DNA of 64,000 bases from Seison nebaliae (Eukaryota), in contig JALJEE010003214.1 of assembly GCA_023231475.1 (NCBI GenBank), positions 1-64,000 on the forward strand, given 5' to 3'. A program made the position numbers and the translations under genes. Position 1 is the first letter of the stretch; the number at the start of each line of letters is the position of its first letter. The notes beneath the pieces were generated by a model. That model was not told the origin of the DNA and did not search any database. It saw nothing but the letters and a program-made list of their open reading frames with translations. Of this stretch, positions 10,910-22,004 are shown piece by piece.

Positions 10910-11423
10910 TGTAATGACTAACAGACACGTTCAGGATAAGAAGTAAGCGTGATCCCTAGGAGCCTGATGGATGAAACTAAACTGGTTGGAATGCCCCTAT
11001 CACCCCGGCATATGTCCACTTACATTAGCATGATATCACCGATAGGTTCGTGTCAGAGTACTCATAGTCCTTTTCTGGAAGTACTCCTTAATTGCTCATG
11101 ATTAAGTAACAAGTTACGAGATGCACTGACTGATTAATCCTCTTTCATTTAACCCTAATGTGTTAACAAAGTTCAAGAACAAGTTCAAACCGATTAATCA
11201 TCCCGTACTACTATAAATAGAATTTCCTTTTTACAATACTTTGCCTCATACTTAATATCAAAAACCATAACCCTTTACATACATAAAATACATTTACATA
11301 CTCTTCCTCTACCTATTAATCTTTAGCTTAATAAACTATCCTCTCATCTTTTACATATCGACTACTTAATAGTCCTTCTTCCCCTCTCACATTAAATCTT
11401 TTTTGTAAGTCACCTCATTTACA
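10910..11423 (+). mobile_element. Solo LTR (Ty3/gypsy-like), 514 bp
   Basis: Termini TGTAATGA...TCATTTACA (TG...CA, imperfect inverted repeat); flanked by TATA (10906-10909 and 11424-11427); internal TATAAA at 11212 and AATAAA at 11330; composition differs from host flanks. Confidence 0.7.
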
Positions 11424-11895
11424 TATATAACACAAAATTCCATTTATTACGTTATATAATGGAATAATAGAGAAGTAAGTGCAAAATGAAAATCCTATGT
11501 TAATAAGTTTCGGATAATCTCAGAAAATTAACATTGACATCCGAAGTGAAGATAATTGTAAATTGATGTAATTTAAATGGGAATCTGTCATGAATTCAAT
11601 GAGGTTAATTAATTACCTTATCATATTATGGACAGATATGGAGATGAATTAGAGGAATAATCTTTATGATTGTTGATGTGTTAATAATGATACGTTGGTA
11701 AGTTGTAGGTTATAACAGCTGTCTAATACTATAGCTCAATTGAGTATTTGTGAAGAGTAAAAGGAATTGAAAAAAGATTTAAGATTTAAGCTGCTGCTTT
11801 TGTCTCGAAAGGATATCAATGAATTAGGACTACTAGTGAAATGAGGTGATTGTGGAAAAGTTTTACTTTTAATTTAAAATGAAACAAGATAAAAT

Positions 11896-13287
11896 ATGAG
11901 TAAAAGAAAGAAGAATGAGGAGAGTTCAACCAAACGTTTCTTTCGACTTCATCCCATAACAAAATCACCTTCAACCAATAAGAATGATATTGAAGTGTTG
12001 AGAGAGACTCGTAATAAAAAATTCTTTCCCAACAATAACGAAAACAATTTATCGCCGTTGATGGTACGAACGACGAGATCGGCCGCATATCATCAGATAA
12101 TAAAAAATGGAAATTTCACAAACATCTCACGAACTTCACCATCTGCTTCACATTTTGTTGATCGAACACCAGGAAGTAATCAATGGAAATGTTCGACGAG
12201 AATCGAAGAGGAACTCCGTCCGATTTATTGTGTGAAATTCTCTTCGTTCCATTCGTCGCCGAACGAATATGTTTTCGCGGCTGCTGGTGGTCGACGGATT
12301 TCCATTTATTCTTACGAATTCCTCGTCAATCGAATCAATTTGAAACAGACATTCATTGCTGATGAGTCGAACGAAGATTTCTTAACCATCGAATGGAGTC
12401 GAATTCCTGATCGTTTAACTAAGTCGGAAATTGTCGTATTAATCGTTGGTGGCTTCCTGGGAACGATTCGTGTTATTGACGTTAATAATGGCGAATGTGT
12501 CCGATCATTGATTGGTCATGGATCATCCGTCAATTACATTCGTCTCCATCCCTTGAATTCGTCGTTGCTTTTCTCCGCCTCCAAAGATCATAATTGTCGA
12601 TTATGGAACGTAGAATCGAATGTGACGATCGCTCAATTCGGTGGAGTAGACGGACATCGAGACGAAGTTCTCTCACTTGACGTCCATCGACAAGGCGATT
12701 ATTTGGTGACTGGTGGAATGGATCATTCAATTCGACTCTGGTATTTGGAGCGAACTGATTTATTGGATGCGGTGAAATTATCATTCCAATACGATCGTCA
12801 TCGAAATCGACGGAAATTCCCAATGGTCAATATCCATTTTCCGATTTATTGTACGAGAGATATCCATCACAATTACATCGATTGTGTTCAATGGTTTGGC
12901 GATCTCATCCTCTCGAAATCATGCGAGGAACAAATTATTTTATGGAAAATTGGTCGATTCGACGAAGATTTACGTGACGTCATCCGTCCTGCCAAATTCA
13001 ATGCGGCCATCTTTGTGAAATTACCGATAAAAGATTTGAGCATTTGGTTCATCCGATTCCAAATGAATGACAAATGTAAACGATTGGTTTGTGGGACGAA
13101 GAGCGGTCGAATTCTCGTCTATCAATTAGGCGTGTCCGACGCGTTCTCTATCCGATGTCACGTATTGTTTGATCTAAATAATTCCGATTCACCTATTCGT
13201 TCCACTACCATTAGCGATGACGCCAACGTTGTCATAGGAACGAACGATGTGGGAAATATTTTTGTTTGGACAAATAAAATTAATTGA
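11896..13287 (+). CDS. EED: Polycomb protein EED/esc (WD40 subunit of PRC2)
   Basis: Diagnostic motifs SASKDH..RLWN, FGGVDGHRDEVLS, GMDHSIRLW, HFPIYCTRDIHHNYIDCVQWFGDLILSKSCE, IWFIRF; single exon. Confidence 0.95.
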   Translation: MSKRKKNEESSTKRFFRLHPITKSPSTNKNDIEVLRETRNKKFFPNNNENNLSPLMVRTTRSAAYHQIIKNGNFTNISRTSPSASHFVDRTPGSNQWKCSTRIEEELRPIYCVKFSSFHSSPNEYVFAAAGGRRISIYSYEFLVNRINLKQTFIADESNEDFLTIEWSRIPDRLTKSEIVVLIVGGFLGTIRVIDVNNGECVRSLIGHGSSVNYIRLHPLNSSLLFSASKDHNCRLWNVESNVTIAQFGGVDGHRDEVLSLDVHRQGDYLVTGGMDHSIRLWYLERTDLLDAVKLSFQYDRHRNRRKFPMVNIHFPIYCTRDIHHNYIDCVQWFGDLILSKSCEEQIILWKIGRFDEDLRDVIRPAKFNAAIFVKLPIKDLSIWFIRFQMNDKCKRLVCGTKSGRILVYQLGVSDAFSIRCHVLFDLNNSDSPIRSTTISDDANVVIGTNDVGNIFVWTNKIN

Positions 13288-13441
13288 GAGGGAACTCGTC
13301 GAAATATTTCCGACACTTTTCAGTCCTCTTTCCATCTTCTCGCCATATTTAAATTGTTACCTCAAATCATTTTTGTCTCTTTATTAAATTTTTTTCTCAT
13401 AATTTCTTTAAATCTCATTCAACTTTTCAACTAGACGATTG

Positions 13442-15736
13442 ATGGACTGCAACTTCATCAACTTATCAACACAAATAATTCTCTTGATTATTATAATCAT
13501 CAATTCTGCCATCTCCCAACCATCATCAACGAAACCAAATATCGTTTTCATTTTGGCTGATGATTATGTTTGTGTTCATTCTTCCTCATTTCTTCCCGCT
13601 ATTTCTGCTAAATCAATTTTTCACTTCAATAATTTTTAGTTTGAACTGGAAAATTTATCGGAATTTTTTTTGGGTATAAATTAAAACCATCTTCAGACGA
13701 CCTTAACTAATTTTCCACATTTGTTTTCACAACTAATTTCTCATATTTGGACGAGGAGAAAAAGTTTTATTGCTATTCGAATATTCAGTTTGCTAAAACC
13801 GTCATTGATGGAATTGTATAAATTTTTCCTTTACTGGTGATATAATGTTAAATTGAATTAAATGAATTTATAATAATAATATCTTTCGATGTTTTTAGGG
13901 TCATTATGATGTCGGTTTTCATGGATCGACTGATATTCCAACACCAAATATCGACGCTTTAGCATATGATGGTATCATTCTCGATAATTATTATGTCCAT
14001 CCAATCTGTACGCCATCTCGTAGTGCTTTGATGACGGGAAAATATGATATCCATTTAGGAATGCAACGGAGTGTAATTGTAGGGCCCGAACCGTATGGTT
14101 TGAGTACGAACGAATTATTGATGAGTGATCATTTGAAACGGCTTGAATATTCGACACATATTGTTGGGAAATGGCATCTCGGTTTCTATCAACCTCAATA
14201 TTTACCAACCAATCGTGGTTTCGATACTCATTACGGTTATTATTTAGGAGAAGAAGATTATTGGACACATATCTCTTCGGATTACTTGAATTATTGGGGA
14301 ACTGATCTTCATAACGATACGGAAACGGATCGGAGTAAATTTGGGAAGTATTCGGCCGATTTATTTGGAGAAGAAAGTATCCGTCTCCTCAACAAACATA
14401 ATTATGAGAGAAATCCAATTTTTCTTTTCTTATCATTCCAATCTGTCCATTCCGGCAATTCTTGGTCACCATTACAAGCACCATATAAATTCTATAAACG
14501 ATTGAAACACATCAAAAATAAACATCGACGAATGTACGCCGCTATGGTTATGGCAATGGATGAGAATATCGGCAAACTCGTCCAATCATTACATCAACTA
14601 CACCAATTGAATAATACCATCATCGTTTTCTCGACAGATAATGGTGGACCAGCAGCTGGTTTTGATTGGAACTTCGCCAGTAACTATCCCTTACGTGGGG
14701 TGAAGAATACTTATTGGGAAGGTGGGATCCGTGCTAATTCTTTCATTTGGTCCTCTCAATTTCAACCACGGAAAAAACCAAGAAATCGTGTCAGTAAACA
14801 ATTTATGCACATTGTCGATTGGCTTCCTACATTATATGAAGCGATTGGCGCCGACCCAAAACAATTGAAAGATATTGATGGAATTTCGCATTGGAAAGAA
14901 CTGAAAGAATTGATGGAAACGGATAAACGTAAAGAAATCATTCACAACATCGATCAAGTCAAATCTATGACGTTATCGAACGGAATGAAAATCCACATTA
15001 ACACCACATACGGCCCTCACTGGAACGGATGGTATCGAACGGAACAAATTGAAAGTAAAAGTTGGAAAAAAATTTTAAAATTTCCCAACATTTCATTTTT
15101 CAAATTTTTTTATTTTTATCAAATTTCTTATTTTTATCAAATTTTTTTTTAGACCTAATCAAAAAATCTTTAAAATCCGTTGAAAATTTCGATAAATTAC
15201 ATAAAAATTTGTTTAATGATCATCTCCAATTCGTGTACGAACATTCGATGAAATGGCAAAATGGAACATCATCCAATTTGTCACCGATTGAAATTCATTA
15301 CATTCTCGAACAATATTCGACCGTTCTATTTTCCTTCTCCATTTCTTTCATCCATTTTATAATTTTCCTTTTCTCATTCTCTCCAAAAGGATTATTGGCT
15401 AATCGAACGAGAACCGGTGCGTATTATATGTGAGAAATCAACAGAAATTTTATGTGATCCTAATCAGCAACCTTGTCTTCATAATGTCACGTTAATTTTC
15501 CCATTTTTCACTAAACTATCATTCGACAGACGAACAGAGCCGATCCATGTGAATATAGGAATTTGGCAAACGAGCAACCAAATCAATTAATTGAATTGAT
15601 GACGAAATTGTTGTCATATGTTCCAAGAATAGTGTCGATTCGGAATCGGAAACCGGATCCGAAATCGAATCCTGAGTTACATTCGAACGTCTGGGATAGT
15701 TGGGAGAATGATACTTTCTGTCATTCCATTAATTAA
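13442..15736 (+). CDS. Arylsulfatase B/I/J-like secreted sulfatase, 5 exons (13442-13567, 13899-15060, 15153-15322, 15390-15490, 15538-15736)
   Basis: Signal peptide, PNIVFILADDY|GHYDVGFHG, CTPSR formylglycine motif, GKWHLG, FSTDNGG, NYPLRGVKNTYWEGGIR, PCLHNVT|ADPCE. The donor of intron 2 could alternatively be 15055. Confidence 0.9.
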
Positions 15737-15960
15737 ACTTTTAATTAATTAGTTCTCATAAATTAAAATTAATTGAATTCAACAAATAAATTTGGAAGTG
15801 GATTTCATTTAAAACTTTATTTATAGATAATAAACAACAAAATGGAAATAATAATTATCAATAATAAATAATTGTCTTACTCTTCCCCCATAAACGGGAC
15901 GAGGAAGTTCGTTAGAGTTTCTTAAAAAATTTGATCAATATAATATATGTCGGTAATTCT

Positions 15961-16017
15961 TTGTGTGTGCGTTTGTGTTTGTGTGTGTGTTTGTGTGTGT
16001 GTTTGTGTTTGTGTGTT
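15961..16017. repeat. Imperfect (GT)n/(GTGTTT)n microsatellite
   Basis: TTGTGTGTGCGTTTGTGTTTGTGTGTGTGTTTG..., lying downstream of the TMEM184C stop, probably in its 3' UTR. Confidence 0.9.
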
Positions 16018-16153
16018 TCCTGTATTGACAAGAGAATTGTATTGTGCACTCCCCATGAAAAAGTGGATCGATAATCAAATATCGAATAGTGTCGATGAAA
16101 TGGAGCAAAATATCGACAAGGAAGAAAACCATCATGATGATATTTGAGTAACG

Positions 16154-17686
16154 TTAAGAATAATTATTGGTCAATCTCTCCGATGTGACGGAGAGTAGAG
16201 GCGATTTTTCCGATACGTCTTCTTTTTCTTTGTGGTCAGGAAGATGATCTTGCTGAACATCTAAATTGTGCGTCATCGATGAACTATTCGCATGTTTCAA
16301 ACGAGGAAATTGACTAAATAAAATCTCATCATTTATTTCATCATTATCATTCTCTCCTTCATCCGTATTGATTTGTTGATCACTCTCTTCATTGTCTAAG
16401 AGAGGTCGATCTTGTTGTTGGTTAGCGTGTGAAGTGGAGATGATGGAACTGTTGTTAATGGCAGTCGATCTCCTCATCATAATTCCCACGAATTTCGCAT
16501 GTTCTCTCATATCGCGTCGAATGTCGCTAACGTCGAACATTTGGAAGAAATTGCCGAAACATCTCGAACGAGTACGAGCGGCTAATTGATTATAATCGTT
16601 TCCTTTCGTCCGATTAAGTTCGTTCGTCAAATAAGAGATATCGGGCTCCATTAGACGTCGTCGTTCGATTTCCCTTTCGACGATTAATCGTCGTCGATAG
16701 ATGTTAAAGGGGAAAGCGATACAATGAAGAATTGCGGCGACAAACATTTCGATACAAACGATGAAATCTTGTAATGATTTTGATGCCTCCTCCACATTCT
16801 TATAATATGGCCAAGTGTCAGATTTGATGATATTAAATTTCACCAAAATGGCGATGAGTACACCTTGCCAGAAGGTGGCGAAAACGACGGATTTGATACA
16901 AGCGAATTTCCACACGGGTTTGAAATCTTTCAATTCCTCTTTAGTGGCATGATAGAAGAGGAAAAGGAAATACATCGCCAGAATTTGAGAGACGTTATTG
17001 AAAATGACTAGATAAGACCACGACGTCTTGAAATTGAAATCGCCCTCTCCATATTTGTCGAATATTTGACAGAGGAAGGCGATGACGGTGGTACAAAGAC
17101 GAACGGGAACATATTGCAAAGTGCCATGTTTGCAAAGATTGACAAAATCTTTTCGTTTAATTCTCGGAAGACAACAGAATGGTATAATATTCTTCACCGA
17201 TTGTTGGAAATCGCGATTAATGAAATATAATTCAAAATCATTATTATGTTGAGAATTGAGATATTCGAGAATCATCATCATGAAATTATAGATGGCATAT
17301 GCTTCATAACATTCCCGCAACGTATCCAAATAAATGGCGGCATAAGGGAATTTGAGAGCGAGCCAAGCATCCAAAGCATAAATGGGAACCATCCACAAAA
17401 TACGAACCTGATAAATTTGAATTGATGGTTGTGTATAATTCATGATGTGGCCAATGATACCATATAATGACAATGGAATTGCAGCCATTACGAAAATACC
17501 TCCAACAAATCCCGCTTTCACTTTCGCATTAGCATGTGAACGCTGCAAATCATACACACAGAATGGAAGAGCCACACATAAAAGAATGAAATAAACGGTG
17601 AAAATAAAAAGAGGAAGATAATCCTTCCATCTCCTTGCCGGTGCCAATCGTCTATGTCCATTCAATTCATCAATATTCATCATCAT
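16154..17686 (-). CDS. TMEM184C: TMEM184C-like organic solute transporter family protein
   Basis: VRILWMVPIYALDAWL, YLDTLRECYEAYAIYNF, CKHGTLQY, KPVWKFACIKSVVFATFWQ, LQDFIVCIEMFVAAILH; single exon. Confidence 0.92.
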   Translation of the reverse strand: MMMNIDELNGHRRLAPARRWKDYLPLFIFTVYFILLCVALPFCVYDLQRSHANAKVKAGFVGGIFVMAAIPLSLYGIIGHIMNYTQPSIQIYQVRILWMVPIYALDAWLALKFPYAAIYLDTLRECYEAYAIYNFMMMILEYLNSQHNNDFELYFINRDFQQSVKNIIPFCCLPRIKRKDFVNLCKHGTLQYVPVRLCTTVIAFLCQIFDKYGEGDFNFKTSWSYLVIFNNVSQILAMYFLFLFYHATKEELKDFKPVWKFACIKSVVFATFWQGVLIAILVKFNIIKSDTWPYYKNVEEASKSLQDFIVCIEMFVAAILHCIAFPFNIYRRRLIVEREIERRRLMEPDISYLTNELNRTKGNDYNQLAARTRSRCFGNFFQMFDVSDIRRDMREHAKFVGIMMRRSTAINNSSIISTSHANQQQDRPLLDNEESDQQINTDEGENDNDEINDEILFSQFPRLKHANSSSMTHNLDVQQDHLPDHKEKEDVSEKSPLLSVTSERLTNNYS

Positions 17687-18362
17687 TCATCAATCCCAAA
17701 ATAATTTATTTCAAATTTCACTCGAATTTTTAACATTCACCAATTTCTCATTATTATCATCATCATCGTCGTCGTCGTAGTGGTGGTGAGTAGGAGGAAT
17801 GGTAAAATGATTATTCTTCCAAACCAAAACAGAGATCTTTCAACAAATTAATTATTTTCTGAAGAAGAAAATTTTTTACAAATTAATTTTATTTTTTAAA
17901 AAATAAATCGATCAGTTTCAATCGAAAATTCAACATTTTTTTATTAATTCCAAATAAAAAAATCTCATAAACATTTCAAGATAAATAATATAATTTTTCA
18001 TCTTATATTCATCAAATCGAATGGAGGGAGATCTGTTCGAACACGTACGAATATTCTCCTCCAATTTCTTTCTATTTCTCTTCTCCACAAGTCAATTCAC
18101 TTCGCAAATCTTTTTATTCTCTCTCCTGAGTACATAAACAATTTCCATTCACATATAAAACTTGTATGTTGATGTAAGAAATAAAATGAAATTGAATTGG
18201 ATTCTTCATTTCCAATTGCTCCTCCCCATAAAAAAAAAGGAATTTGTCATTCACTTCATCTCCAGATGGAGAGGAAGCTAAACAAAATTCCAGACAATTC
18301 AAAATGATTTGGGAAAATAATTGACAATCTCCACAATGAACTTATCTCTTTCGAATTGTTAG

Positions 18363-19634
18363 CTATTCATTCGGATTATCAACAAATCGTAAACATTTTG
18401 CAGCTCGACTTTTTGATGGTGTGCAACCACCATCTTTTTTCCGTCGTTTTTCTTCCTCATTCCGTTGTCGTGTCAATTCCATCAATTTATGATAACCCAA
18501 CACTCGTTTTTTCGGTTCTTCAATTTCAGACATTTCACATCCATGTAAAGTGTCGTGGAGAGAAGAATATTTCGACGGTTCCTTGATGGTATTGGAATAA
18601 GACATTCCGGTTCCATCCGTCACCGTTTCATGGAAATGATTTTTTACATTCGACACTTTCTCCAGATATCGTTTGATGTAAGGCGATGGAGGAACGAAAT
18701 CGAATTTTAATTTTTTCTTCTTATCCTGATGATTCGTTGGAGATGGTTCTGATGTTCGACATTCTCGTTTCTTCGATAATCGTCTATCATTCACGAAATG
18801 ATTATTGATCTGTGTTGTACTCGTCAAATGGCTAATTGAATGATGAGTGTCCTTCTCATGGAAAATTGATGGTAATTCGGTTGATTGTACCGTCGTCTTG
18901 ATAATGGGAGTAGCAATTGACACCGAATTTAATGTGTCACTACTCGTTTGACATCGAAGAGTTTCATTTGCTATTTTCAACTGTTGAACTTTTTCTCTCA
19001 ATTCCTTATTCTCTTTTTCCATGATGGTGAATAAAATGGAATTTGGATTAGTCTTCGAATCTTTCGACGACGAATTCAATTCATCAATTCTCATTTGAAG
19101 TTGCTGATTCTCTTTTTCGACGATCGCTAATTTCTTCTCCATTTGTCGAGCGGAATTCTTCGTCTCTTCGAACATCTTTTTCAATTCCGAATATTTTTCC
19201 TTTGCCACAATCGACGTCGCTTTCCATTCCTCCATCTCTTTCAATTGATTCTTGTTCTGTTTAAACATCTCCAAACGTCGTTCACCTTCTTCAATCTCGT
19301 GATTAAATGAAGCAATAATCCTCTCCAATTGATTCTTTCGTTTCAATCGCATCAATTGCGTTCCCTCTTCTAATTGTTCATCAATCTTCATTTCATCCAC
19401 AAATTCTGGACCACAATGAATCGGAATTATCTTCGAATCAATAAACGATAATCGACAATGTGGACACGAATCTCGATGTTTCCGCCAACTAGTCAGACAA
19501 CTCTCACAAAACAGATGTCCATTCTCGCAACTCCGACCATCAATCGCCTTAAACGGGAAATGAGAATTATAAAAAATAAATAATAAAAAAATAGAAACGT
19601 TTGATAGACAAATCCCACAACAATAAGTAGTCAT
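18363..19634 (-). CDS. C3HC4 RING E3 ligase with coiled coil, RNF219/OBI1-like; 51-nt intron at 19548-19598
   Basis: Removing the in-frame GTTTCT...TAAG intron gives CGICLSNAIDGRSCENGHLFCESCLTSWRKHRDSCPHCR, followed by RKNQLERIIASFNHEI (recalls the RNF219 post-RING helix) and a long coiled coil. Confidence 0.7.
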   Translation of the reverse strand: MTTYCCGICLSNVSIFLLFIFYNSHFPFKAIDGRSCENGHLFCESCLTSWRKHRDSCPHCRLSFIDSKIIPIHCGPEFVDEMKIDEQLEEGTQLMRLKRKNQLERIIASFNHEIEEGERRLEMFKQNKNQLKEMEEWKATSIVAKEKYSELKKMFEETKNSARQMEKKLAIVEKENQQLQMRIDELNSSSKDSKTNPNSILFTIMEKENKELREKVQQLKIANETLRCQTSSDTLNSVSIATPIIKTTVQSTELPSIFHEKDTHHSISHLTSTTQINNHFVNDRRLSKKRECRTSEPSPTNHQDKKKKLKFDFVPPSPYIKRYLEKVSNVKNHFHETVTDGTGMSYSNTIKEPSKYSSLHDTLHGCEMSEIEEPKKRVLGYHKLMELTRQRNEEEKRRKKDGGCTPSKSRAAKCLRFVDNPNE

Positions 19635-20414
19635 AGATTTTCGACAGATAACAAGATTAAAGATTCAGATTTGTTTCACACTTCACATTCAACTGATTAA
19701 ATCGCTTTCCAATGATGCTAATTCTGGTACCTGTAACGCTACAACTGATTCATAAGCACACCACTTCAATTTTCATCCTACTACCAAAATAGAAAAGACA
19801 CCGAAAAATTCAATGTTAAAAGTTCGGCTCAATCAATATATGGTCAATCAACTACATCCATTTAAAGGTATCTGATGTGAACGGAACGGCTATAAGTGGA
19901 ACGGACGAACCATTGACTGTTTTTAGAAAAACGAAGCTTTAATCCAATTTTTCTATGTTTTTTTCTTCTGACAAAAAACTTTGATTAATGTTCCTATTTG
20001 TATCCCGTCATATTCATTCCGTGTCGACAGTATACTACTGCCATATTTAATTTTTTATTTTAATTCTACTTGTTGTGTGATGTGTGATGACGTAAGATGA
20101 CATTATCCTAAATGAGTTATTCAAAACAATTTTATGAATTTCAATGACAAATACTACTTATCACAGGTTTAAAACTGTAGCGTGAGTTTGTGATTCGAAA
20201 TCTCAATATTGCCCGTTAATTTCGTTCCGGACGTTTGAACAATTTTTCGTTTGTCTTATGTAAAATGAGAATTTAGAAAGAATTGAAAATTGATTTGAAA
20301 ATAGAATAGATTAAAAAGTCGATTTCACTTTGTTTTGTGTTGTAATTTTCTTTCATTCTTCTAGTCCTTTTATATATCGTTAAGTCTTTGTTTCCTCGTT
20401 CCACTCAAAAAAAA

Positions 20415-22004
20415 ATGTTTTTGTTCCGTACAACAAATATTCGTTTGATGACTGCTCTGTTAATTTTATTCGGGGAATATGTTTCTTTAGTTTTTTCAAT
20501 TTTAAGATTTCGTGCTCAATCCACCACCAGTAATAATATAAGGGATGTTGTTGTTGTTGGTGGTGGGATAGTTGGATTGGCGTCATCACAGGCATTATTG
20601 ACGAAATACCCCAATTTAAATGTGACGGTTTTAGAGAAGGAATCACAATTAGGTTCTTCTTTCTCCTTTATTATCCTTTTCATTGTTTAAATGACGGTTG
20701 TTTAATAGCTTCTCATCAAACTGGTCATAATAGTGGAGTGATTCATGCAGGAATCTATTATCAGCCAGGAACATTGAAAGCGAAATTATGTGTGGAAGGG
20801 ATGGAAAAAATTTATGATTATTGTGACAAATATTCAGTTCCATATAAGAAATGTGGAAAAGTTTCTTTTTTTTTCCTCGAATTCACTCGCCAATTTCTCT
20901 CTCCATGTCAAATAGATAGTTGTTGCAATTGATGAGCATCAGATTCCTTATTTGACTCAATTGTATGAGAGATCGTTGGAGAATAAAGTGAAGGATGTAA
21001 AATTGATTAATGGGAATGACATTCCTGAAATTGAGCCAATGTGTCGCGGATTGAAAGCCATTCATTCACCTCATACCGGTATCATCGATTACGCTGAACT
21101 CTCACGTCAATTTGGTGTGGTGATCAAAGAGAAGAATGGCCAAATCCTGCCAAATACGAAAGGTATAGGTTTCGGAACTGATTGTGAAGGAAATGTCGTC
21201 ATTCTCACTAACAATGAGGAAGTTCGTTGAACGACATTTAATTTCTTACAAATTTATTTGTTAATTATTTTCCATTAACATACTTAGTATCGAGAGATAC
21301 GTAGTCGATTTGTGGTGACATGTTGTGGTTTACATTCGGATAAGATTTCCGTTTTAGGTGGATGTAAATCTAATCCGAAAATAATTCCATTCCGTGGCGA
21401 TTATTTAGTGTTGTCGAAAGAGAAACAACATCTCATCAAAGGAAATATTTATCCGGTTCCTGATCCTCGTTTTCCATTTCTCGGTGTTCATTTTACGCCT
21501 CGAATGAACGGTGATGTTTGGGCGGGACCGAACGCCGTTTTAGCCATGAAACGAGAAGGATATAAACCCACCGACTTCGTTTTTAAGGACGCACTCGAAC
21601 ATGTATTTAATACGTTAACATTTTATCTTTTAAACTTGTTTGAAATTCTCTTGGAATTTAGTGGACTAAGGAAATTGAGTATGAAGTTTTTGGGTGTCGG
21701 TCTCAAAGAAATCTATCGAACTTTAGACATTTCAGCTACGGTGAAAATTCTTCAGCAATTCGTTCCCGATGTGGAGACGAAAGACTTCCAACGAGGACCA
21801 TCCGGTGTTCGAGCACAAGCTATCGACACTGACGGTAGTTTAGTGGACGATTTCATTTTCGACACCAATTCCAACAAACCAGATTTAAAAGGGAAAATTC
21901 TTCACGTTCGTAATGCACCCTCACCAGCCGCTACCTCATCATTGGCCATTGCGGATATGGTGGTCGATGAAATGGAAAGGCAATTCCATTTAAAGGAAAT
22001 TTGA
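20415..22004 (+). CDS. L2HGDH: L-2-hydroxyglutarate dehydrogenase, mitochondrial; introns 20459-20506, 20653-20708, 20861-20915, 21222-21287, 21614-21661
   Basis: [100 protein letters not shown]. The first intron is the least constrained. Confidence 0.95.

Noticed and set aside
10964..10977. CTGATGGATGAAAC, resembling a hammerhead ribozyme core
   Set aside because: The core is CUGAUGG not CUGANGA, there is no stem II, and I could not form stems I/III with a cleavage triplet.
11150..11158. TAACCCTAA, resembling a telomerase RNA template for TTAGGG
   Set aside because: Only 9 nt, inside the solo LTR, with no visible pseudoknot or H/ACA context.
15935..16147. ORFs with (CV)n and (HT/NT)n repeats
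   Set aside because: Artefacts of the GT microsatellite.
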